Below are positions 54,050 to 64,000 of a DNA stretch of 64,000 nt, piece by piece. Numbering within the stretch: the stretch's first letter is position 1; every line of letters begins with the position of its first letter. Made by a program: the position numbers and the translations under genes. The stretch is from Eledone cirrhosa (taxonomy: Eukaryota), in assembly GCA_964016885.1 (NCBI GenBank), contig OZ024743.1, positions 239,940,001 through 240,004,000 on the forward strand, written 5' to 3'. The notes under the pieces were generated by a model. The model saw nothing but the letters and a program-made list of their open reading frames with translations, was not told the origin of the DNA and ran no database searches.

Positions 54050-55090
54050 CTCAGCATTGCTTGGACAACCGGAAGTCTTTCGATAACTTGGATATGGGAG
54101 TCAGGCCACACACATGTACCAGCTCCAACACCGCTGAAGTATATTAGTCATTTCAAGACAAACTGGAAAACTATCATAACTTTGTAAAACAGGAGAAAAA
54201 GCCATTAAAAATAAAACCTATAGCCATAAAGAAAGGAATTTTACAATAGCTATTATTTTATCTCTACTTTTGCTTTGCGTTCACCCCAATAACCAACAAA
54301 ATGAATAAAACTACCATTGGGAACTGAGGCTAGAGATAAAATATGAACCATATCCTGTGTATGTATAACATAAAGACCTTTACAACAACACCAACCTAAA
54401 GAAATGTCAGATTCAGTAAAGATGAGTATGGGATTAGTCAAATGTGCCAATATCATTTTAAGAAGAGGTAAACTAATATTAAAAATTCAACTCAATGCTA
54501 GAAATAAGATAATAGGTATGAATGCAATGGCATATTAATTATAAACTACAGCTTCAATATAAGAAATTGGAAGCTGAATTTGTTGAAATATTTAGACAGA
54601 ATTAAAACAACTTGAAACTACTGAAATCATACCGAAATAACCACCCCAAAGCAGATAGACAAGGAAGATGAGGTCTGACGGCTTGTGGATTTGTTGACTG
54701 CCACGTAAGAAAGAATCCCAATGAATATGAGAAGTGTAAATAGGAGGATGATAATTAAAGGTACAAATATGATAAATTCTGTCATGCAACACATCCAGAC
54801 AGAAGACATAACGTAAACAAGACACGTAATCCGAGCTATTGCACTGTTTGTCGAGGAACAAATGTGACAGACGAACACTAAACAGAGGAAGGCAAAAGAA
54901 CCATGGTGGAAACGGTGTATTGGAAATTCCATAATGTGGTTAAGACAGGATCTTCGTAAAATTGAGCAATGGCTTTGAGGAAAGTGGAAAAAAGGGCTGG
55001 TTGAGAAGCATACTACAGAAAAATGGATTCCATTCAATGATAGAAGAGTTAAAACAGACAATTCACTCGAAAACCAGAAGATAAAGAGGG
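54050..55090 (+). mobile_element. Decayed R4/Dong-like LINE fragments
   Basis: FSKD...GLVKCANIILRRGK (~54412-54472), HPKAD (~54642) and KEPWWKR (~54895); the pieces are out of order. Confidence 0.45.
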
Positions 55091-55554
55091 GGACCGTTTT
55101 GCCGAACATTTGAGGGACATACAACTCGGTTTGGATAATCCTGTCGCCCGTCATTTCTGTTCTCCTGGTCATTCATCCCTACATGTTTCAGTCCTGGGTG
55201 TCCTTTTGCATCATGGATCACAGACCTCGCGCACCAGGACTGAACAAAGTCTGATTCACCGCCTTCGGTCCTATAACCCTCTTGGACTCAACTCACCTCC
55301 CCAATTTCTCAAATACCCCGTCCATTATCACACCCCTAGATTCCTATTGCTTTCTCTTGATCATTAGCAGCTCCTCTTACAACTAATACATGCCGACTAT
55401 ATATGCTCACTCCACTTTTCCCGTCACTGATCTGTATACACTCATACACACCCCTATATTAACATACTTTTGCTCATATCTTCGTACTTACATGCACACA
55501 CACCATTTTACTCACATGTACACACATATTATACGTCCGTACGAAGCTAAAAAG

Positions 55555-55650
<96 letters not shown>

Positions 55651-56000
55651 CTTACGCACGTGCTCAAGTATAGCTCTTTTTACAAAACGTTTTTTTTTCC
55701 ATTTTAGGTTGACGCGCTCCATCATCCACTTTTCTAAAAAATAAATCATACACAAAACGCCAGCACCAACAGTTTTGCAAGAGATGTCAACATGAATAGA
55801 CCTGTTATTTTTATCTAAAGACATTTTTCCAATTCCATCCCACCCGTCCCCTCAATCTATTTTATTTCTCATTCTTTCTTCTGATGAAAGACAAGTGTCT
55901 GAAACGTTAAGACCCTCTTCCTGCTATATCAAGCGTTAACCTAATATATCCCTTCCATATACTGTACCGATTGTGTTGTTATTTCTGTTTACCTTTTACA
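55090..56000 (+). mobile_element. PLE 3' fragment (GIY-YIG end and tail with HHR)
   Basis: GDRFAEHLRDIQLGLDNPVARHFCSPGHS...EQSLIHRL. TCTT-CTGATGA-AAGAC-AAGT-GTCT-GAAA-CG-TT-AAGA at 55877-55912. Tail end shared with 21190-21290. Confidence 0.8.
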
Positions 56001-56304
56001 TACATACATATATATATATAACGAAGAAGGTGTGGTAAGACACCAGGTGGACATTAACGCACCAGAGTACTCGATACTTAGGGTAGTAGAGCGGGTAATA
56101 GGACCCCGACGGGTGAGCTCCGGCCGTTTCGACAACAAGGTCCGTCGGACCTCTGTTGTAGTAATGAGATTGCTACAACAGAGGTACGATGAGCTTTTGA
56201 TTCCAGAGTCGAGCCAGATCGATACAGATCGAACATTGTGCTTATCAATAGCGAAACGCGCGTCACCAATCAATAAACGTAATGAGGGCTTAACAAATCC
56301 TCCT

Positions 56305-56352
<48 letters not shown>

Positions 56353-56979
56353 AGGAACACTAATACACTAATATAAACATACATGTGTCCAAATTGTAAG
56401 GACCAGGTTTGCTAGGGTGAAAAAATACTAATCGAAGTCATCACCATTTCTCTGCTCATCAGTAGGTGTCAAGAAATTAGCGATCCTTCCACTTCTAAAA
56501 ATATAAGAAGACTCAATTGTGTGCGATATGAAATAACGCACATGTCTTCGCAGCCTAGCTTGTCTCGAAAACCTATGCCGCTAAAAATAGCAGCCTGGTT
56601 AACACATTAAAATTAGCTCTACATGAAGGAGCCGACAAATATATACTGAGTTAGAAACTCAAAGTAGTCTCTTACAATTAAATAGCTCTGAGAAAAAAGC
56701 TTTTCCGAGCCGTGTAATATAATCGAATGTACAAGAGAGATAAACACTAATATAAACATACATGTGTCCGAATTGTAAGGACCACGTTTGCTAGGGTGAA
56801 AAAATACTAACTACATATATATATATATATATATTTCTTTAGGTTTGTTGGTTCATCACTGGATAGAATTGGTCATTCCGTATGGTCAATCTTGGTGTAA
56901 TATTGTGGGGAGTACACAACGTAGTGCAGTTCACCCGTCGTCGTTTGTGTAGTTGGTGGTGCGAATACGGAGTTAATTA

Positions 56980-57278
56980 TAAATAAAATAACAGGAGGCT
57001 GGACTGGTGTAAATCCTTGAAAGGTTTATTATACTATGATCATTTCAATGACTAGGTTCCATATGAATCCGGTGATATCATCAGGTATTCGAAATATAAC
57101 AAAGGAATATGTAAAAAACCATGGGTCCGAAAAATCAGAGACAGAGAGGACGACTGACCAACTAGCTGCTTTCACCTCGGCCAGTCGCCCTCATCACCGG
57201 ATTCATATGGAACCCGGTCATTGAAATGATCATAGTATAATAAACCTTTCAAGGATTTACACCAGTCCAGCCTTCTGT

Positions 57279-57285
<7 letters not shown>
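56980..57285. repeat. Inverted repeat with an HHR-like motif (PLE terminal-repeat type)
   Basis: 56984-57076 is the reverse complement of 57193-57285. Minus strand reads CTGATGA-TATCACCGG...TCATT-GAAA-TGATCA at 57036-57086. Confidence 0.65.
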
Positions 57286-57321
<36 letters not shown>

Positions 57322-57887
57322 TGCATACACATGCATATATAATACATACATGTACAAACATACTCATTCACACATACACACGCACACTCACACACAAGAC
57401 GTCGCAACACGTGAAGATTGTCTTATTTATTACTAATGGTATATTTCCGTGTAATTGGGGGTAATTTCTTTTGATGAGAGGTCAATAATAGCAACACCTT
57501 TCCTGCACACAAACAAACATAAATACGCAGACACACACACCAATATAAACACACATACACACACACAGACTGACACACACACAGACATGTACATATATTA
57601 TATATATTATATATACATATACATTTATTATTAAACCAAACCTCATAATATGTAACATCTGCACTTACTGTCTAAACTAAATCTTTGGCAGGAAAAATGT
57701 TTCTTGAAAGGCACAAAGAATTCTGTCGGTTTCCCTTTCACATGAGAAAACACCCCCCAAACCTACCCAACAATATATATATATATATATATATATTGTG
57801 TGTGTGTGTGTGTGTGCGTGTGTCTGTGTGTGTATATATACATATATACATATATAGATACATATATATATATACATACATACATAC

Positions 57888-57965
<78 letters not shown>

Positions 57966-58036
57966 TTAGGAATATATATATGTATACATACATATATATA
58001 TATATAAATATATATATATTTATTTATATATTTATA

Positions 58037-58079
<43 letters not shown>

Positions 58080-58098
58080 TTACATATATATATATATA

Positions 58099-58143
<45 letters not shown>

Positions 58144-58219
58144 TTACATATATATATATATGTACATGTGCGTGTGGATGTGTATATACATATATATATA
58201 TATGTGAATGTTTGTGTGG

Positions 58220-58256
<37 letters not shown>

Positions 58257-58450
58257 TATATGTGTGTGTGTCTGTGTGTATGTGTGTGTGAGTGTAGATA
58301 GACTCATACATTACATAAAAGTGTATATTTCGTGTTAGATTTATCCGACCAAATTTTGTTTATTAATTCATACTTTCCTGTATATGCGTTTGTGTGTCCG
58401 TGTTAGTGTGTGTCTGCATGTATGTCCGTATTTTCTAGACTGTGTGTGTG

Positions 58451-58495
<45 letters not shown>

Positions 58496-58496
58496 A

Positions 58497-58571
<75 letters not shown>

Positions 58572-59812
58572 AGATGTGATTTGTTTGTTTTATTTTCCGT
58601 TCCTTTCTCGCTTCCTATTGTATTCATCCACTTTTATTCTTCTACTTATTTGGTGGGAAGAGATTATCAAAGATTAACAAATGTCGAGGACCAATGATCA
58701 TGGTACGCTCTATTGCTTCTCCTTCTTTACTTTATAAAACCACATTGCTTTGGCTGGGTTTTGATGGATGACTAAACAGGATGATGTAGTTACATTTCCG
58801 TTGACTATAAACCACCTCGTTTCTTGCGATAACTAGAAGTTAATGAAACCAAACAAGACTTCATAAATACTTTGGTTTGTTTAATTAACTCATCAAGATC
58901 TAGATAACATGCATTCATTGTTATTGTTGTTTAACCTCAGGTCACTGCTGATCAAACAGATCTATAAATGAAGGTTTTCGAGCTATAACCAACCCATGTT
59001 AGTTTCAGACATAATTCTTATGTGTTCACCTATTCAGATTGTAGGCTGTGATCTGAAGGGAATTTGGTTGTAAAGTATAATAGAAGGTGAACGGCTAAAT
59101 CACATGCGGAGTGAAAACTGTTTTCATTTATCTAGTTGTTGATTTTTCTTTACATTCTGAGTTCAAATCCTATCGAGGTCGATGGTTGACTTTGCTGTTC
59201 ATTCTTTCTGGATCAGTTGATAAACAAGTTATCGTTCATGTAAAGCTGTTCGATAATATTAATCCCTCTCAATACTTTCGTTTCTAAGTTAATAACCAAT
59301 ACCTAAGTAGGCCAAGGACATCCAGGACCGAGCAGGATTATGGGCAATGTTATTCCAACTTCTATACGAACAGAATGCATCTATGGCTAGATTTTACAAT
59401 GAGTCATTTAAAAAAATAATTGACTTGATTTAAAGAAGATTTGGTAGCTATTTCTAGTAGCTCAAACAACAAGTTCAGATTCCCTCATGGGTTTCATACC
59501 AAATCAATTACTTTAAGGAGGTGAATGGTAGGATCAGTAAAATGGCGTCTAGTATTTAATGTTCTAGGACTATACAGAAAATGATTTCATCCCCAGCAAT
59601 AACTGTACATGTGTGAGTGTGATTGAATGTACCAATATGACGATGTATCTCGCCTGCATGTCTATTTCTGTTGACTTCTTGAGAAACTTGGGTTTATTAC
59701 CATTGACTGGTATACTACTGAGATATAGCAGCTCTTTTCTGAATATGTTTCTTAACTTAATTTAATTTAATTTACATGAATTGAATGATATGAATGATAT
59801 GAATGATAAGAA

Positions 59813-59869
<57 letters not shown>

Positions 59870-59872
<3 letters not shown>

Positions 59873-61200
59873 TTTACGTATCGAGAAAGAGAGAAAAAAA
59901 GGAGGGATAGGTGATACATATAGTTATTTCCCAAGTAGCGTATGCCAAAGGTGCTCGATACTAGTGCCGGCAGTATTAAATATTCGAAGTGTTAATATTT
60001 AGTGGGCTAGAGAGTTAGCAGAGCGTAAGCACGTGGGAAAGTGAAAAATCGGAGAATAGACCGTTAAAACATGTTTATTTAAAATATCACCTACGTACGT
60101 TTCGCCCAGTTGGGCTTCTCAAGGGCATAAACAATCACAAGTGTTCCTTATATAGTTCGGAGTTTTGGGGTTAAATCCACATCAAGATTCATTGCTCGCA
60201 AAAATATCTTGTTTTGATTTTGCAGCAGGTCAAGGGAGGTAACTTTGGCCGGTGTTAGGGCAGTCTTTCCCGGATAATTTTTTTTTTTTTTTTTTTTTTT
60301 TTCCGTTTGTCTGAGGCTGGGTCTGGTATGCAAGGATTGTTTTCTGGGTGTTATTTTGCTGTGCCTGCCCGCCGGGGTGTTAAGACTTGTTGCAGGGAGA
60401 TCCAGTGTACTATTTCACTCTTCATTCTTAACCCATCTAAAGAAGGATATTTTTAAGCGATGTGTACAACTTATCGCTGTTTCAGCTCTGCTGTTGATGA
60501 GCTCGTGGGGTGCAGTTATGATGTGGTAGAGCTCCATGAGGCAAAGATCGCATTTCCTCTTGAAGTTGTACGGTGCAGCCCTGCCGACAATCTCCCAGTG
60601 CGTGAGAAGCTAATGTTTAAGTCCTTTAGTGATGTGATGTAGTCCGCGAGCGCGGTGGAGTGCCTTAGTTTTCTATTTGTGAAAGAGTGGAGATGTGTTC
60701 GAAACCTAATTTTGAACGGGCCGGAGGTGGCCCCTATATAATGTTTAACGCTATTGTGGCTAGTAATAGTGCATCTATATATAACCCTATCGGTCAAGCA
60801 GTATCCTCTAAGGGGGCACCGTCCTCTGTCGCGGCAGTTGCAATTTCTGTCGCGGTTCCGTCTATTTCCCACGATAAGGCTATCATTGTTGCTGCCTACG
60901 TTGCTAGCTGCGCTACCGCAGCTGTCGTTAGCACAATTACAACCCACAGCACGCGGGATGGTGCGATTGTTATTCCGCACGCCATGTTTTGCATGCTCCC
61001 CAGTCACTTCGCCGTCATTCTGGTTGCGTCTGCGGATGCCGTTGCCAACACTATTGGATGCTGTCAGGGAGTTGTTAAAGCCGATACAGTTATTGTCAGG
61101 TGTAGGTGCGTCTGCGTCGAGGTGCTGTGTCTTGGTGATCTTACTGTGGTTCGTTGTTCCTATGATGTCTGCTAGGTTAGGAGTAGTAGAGAAGGATATT
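59870..61200 (-). mobile_element. Penelope-like element fragment (GIY-YIG and tail with HHR)
   Basis: ORF 60516-61007: CNCRDRGRCPLRGYCL...VIYRC...YIGATSGPFKIRFRTH. CC-TTGAGAA-GCCC-AACT-GGGC-GAAA-CGTACG-TA-GG at 60090-60124. Confidence 0.82.
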
Positions 61201-61279
61201 TTTGTAGTGTTCCTTGTTAACTGGGTTAACTGTCTCTGTATTTGTGTATGTGAGTGTGTATGTGTGTCTGAAAAAGAAG

Positions 61280-61336
<57 letters not shown>

Positions 61337-61701
61337 TGGCTAAGAAAATCGGAATGCAGGTAAAGGAACTTACAAAAAGATGGTTAATTCCGAATCATAA
61401 TTTCTATACAGCTGTTCCAGAGAGTAAGAGAAATAATGCCAAATACCAAATAAATGCCATCATTAGGACAAACTAACCCCTCGTCAGTAGAGGTCTGTCT
61501 AACTAAACGCATTAGAAACGACTACCCAACATAGATTCAAAACATAATGTGAAAGCAGATGGTGAGGACGGTCTTTTACAATGTTTATGTAAGTTCATTC
61601 ACCTACTTTCCGATCTCCTTATGTGTAAATATATATACGCATGGTATTTGGATATACAATTTTGTCTTGACAATTCTTAGTCTTGAATTATTGTGTATAT
61701 T

Positions 61702-61818
<117 letters not shown>

Positions 61819-62712
61819 AAGTAGGACCTCGACGGCAGAGCTCAAGTCGTTTCGACGGCTATTTCTGGACTAAATTAGAATTTTTAGTCTGGTAAATAAA
61901 TAGCCGAACTTTTCAAGGGTTACTTCCTTATATGGGAAGATTGTAGTTGTCAAGAGGATTGGTCAAAATTTGTTGCAAACACAAATAAGTCTATCATGGC
62001 AGTGGGTGAGAGGTGGGGGTGGCTGAAATTGCCTGTAGAACAATGAGGGAGTGGGTGGAGCAGATTAAAAATTCTAATTTAGTCCAGGAATAGCCGTCGA
62101 AACGGCTTGAGCTCTGCCGTCGGGGTCATACTTTTTCTTATTACCCACTCTACTACCCTAAGTATTGAGTATTCTGGTGCGTTATGGTCCATCTGGTTCC
62201 TTACCACAACTCCTTCGTTATATATATTTATATATATATATATATACGTATTAAAGGTTTATTAGTCTCTAATTTTAAAACATCTCAATGAAAGAAATCG
62301 CTCAGAAAAGCAATAATATATATTTAAATTAAATGAGAAAAAACTCTAAGTCTGCGACTATAAACAATATAGTCAAAAAATATCCTATCTAACTTCACTT
62401 ATATATAGATCTCACTACCATAGTTTTGTGTCTGGAAGAATTGTTATTGGAAACACCAATAATTGAAGAATCCGCCACACTCTTGAGGGGAGTATGATTC
62501 TTCAAAGAGAAATGGAACAAAATATAAAACATAGTGTTTCCTTAGCCGAGACGGTATGGTGAAATAAAAAAAAAACACGTGTAGTGTTACGTTCTCAAAT
62601 TTCCTAGGGTATTAAAACTACCATTGTAGGGAGATCTATATATAAACAATATTTGATAGAATATTTTTTTCATCGACAGTTTTATTCTCATTTAATTTTA
62701 AAAAGATAATGT

Positions 62713-62775
<63 letters not shown>

Positions 62776-64000
62776 AGTTCATGGGTTTGGGCAATTAACG
62801 GTCTTATTTACATACAGTTGAGTCCGATGACAAGGTGGATGGTAGAAGGACAATCAAAATTATATAAGTACAATTGATCCCGCAGGCTGTTAGAACGTCG
62901 GATAGAATTATTTACACTATTTGTCCTGGCTCTCTGTGGTCTCAGAGTTAAAGTCCTCCAGGGGTCAACTATGCATTTCATTATCATATCGAAGTTGAGA
63001 TAGAAGTAACTGTTCAGTACTGGCGTCGATTCTTTTCTCTCTCCTCGCCTGGAAGAACTTCGCAGTGTTCAGGCCTACAGAGGTATGGGCTTTGTCAGGC
63101 TTAAAATGTCAAAGTCATTGTATGTCACTGTGGAACCCCGATGATACTACCAGGAGTTACGTATTCACATACCAGATGCCTTCTCGGTGTCGCTGATGAA
63201 CGGCGTTGAATTAACGTTTAACGATTGTATATTTAATATATGTGTCACCTTAAATTAATTTCCTAGCCCAATTAGAGTGACAATATGTGACAAAGCTACA
63301 ATCTATACAAAGGGTTTCGACAGTTTCCGTCTTATCAGTTTCAGTCATAGACTTAGACAGACCAAATGCTTTAATAAAAGACACCTACCCAAGACAACAT
63401 ACAGTGGAATTGAACCCGAGACCTCATGTTTGCTAGCCAAACATCTTAAGTACCCAACCATAGCTACATCCTAGATATCAAGTAAATAAATGAAGAAATC
63501 AGAATAATTATCAAAAGGATATCTACACATGTAATAATATACAGCAAATCAACAAAACAACGAGTAAAATAATTAATGCTATCAGTTTACGTCCCTTTAC
63601 ATTCTGAATTTAAATTATGTTCAATTTTGTTTCATCCTGACAGGGCCGGCTAGTAAATTTAGAGCTAGTCAAGTACTGGGATCAATCTAAACAGCTGTTC
63701 CTTTTCTCCAAACGGGGAGCCTTGTTCATAACTTTAGTTTTACAACCGTGAACACCGTAAGGATGTATGCATGTGTACGTCTATGCAATGGCTAATGGTA
63801 AGAGCAGGAACCAGCCAAGGTAAGTTGACACATTTCTATGTTCCTTCGTTCTGCCTATCTGATGAGCAGAACCTCAGCTAGATTTTTCTCCTGAGGGCCC
63901 AAAACGAACAGAATTGAAAAGACGTCAACCCGGGGGATAGCAAGGAGCATATGCTGAAAGAGTAATTCTAAATGGTGCAGATCATTCTTGTGGTTGGCCA

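Noticed and set aside
60754-61476. 240-aa plus-strand ORF
   Set aside because: Antisense to the PLE GIY-YIG frame and runs into microsatellite.
61405-61495. Minus-strand CTGACGAGGGG...GGAACAGCTG as a hammerhead
   Set aside because: GAAA is degenerate; at most a decayed PLE terminal motif.
63030-63090. Possible host exon ending AG|GTATGG
   Set aside because: A donor-like word alone, with no clear acceptor or recognisable protein.
63845-63915. CTGATGA...AAAACGAA as a hammerhead
   Set aside because: G12 is missing and no consistent stem I forms.

Overview
AT-rich, repeat-saturated animal genomic DNA. The dense (TA)n/(CA)n tracts and the SINE and Penelope repertoire suggest a mollusc such as a cephalopod (inference). 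No host gene or prokaryotic system is supportable, and most ORF-track entries are microsatellite translations. The window holds a full-length, decayed Ty3/Gypsy LTR retrotransposon (32482-37927) inserted into the GIY-YIG gene of a Penelope-like element (PLE). It also holds eight or more PLE copies or fragments, two Tc1/mariner relics, Helitron fragments, LINE fragments (two 5'-inverted) and tRNA-head SINEs. The main signal is non-coding: more than 15 hammerhead ribozyme (HHR) core motifs read by eye. At 44.1-48.6 kb sit three non-coding HHR repeat families (retrozyme-like). One is a 465-bp tandem array that flips orientation at the ribozyme. All three have ATGCAAAT 80-101 nt upstream of the catalytic core. 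Coordinates and alignments were read manually and may be off by a few bases.
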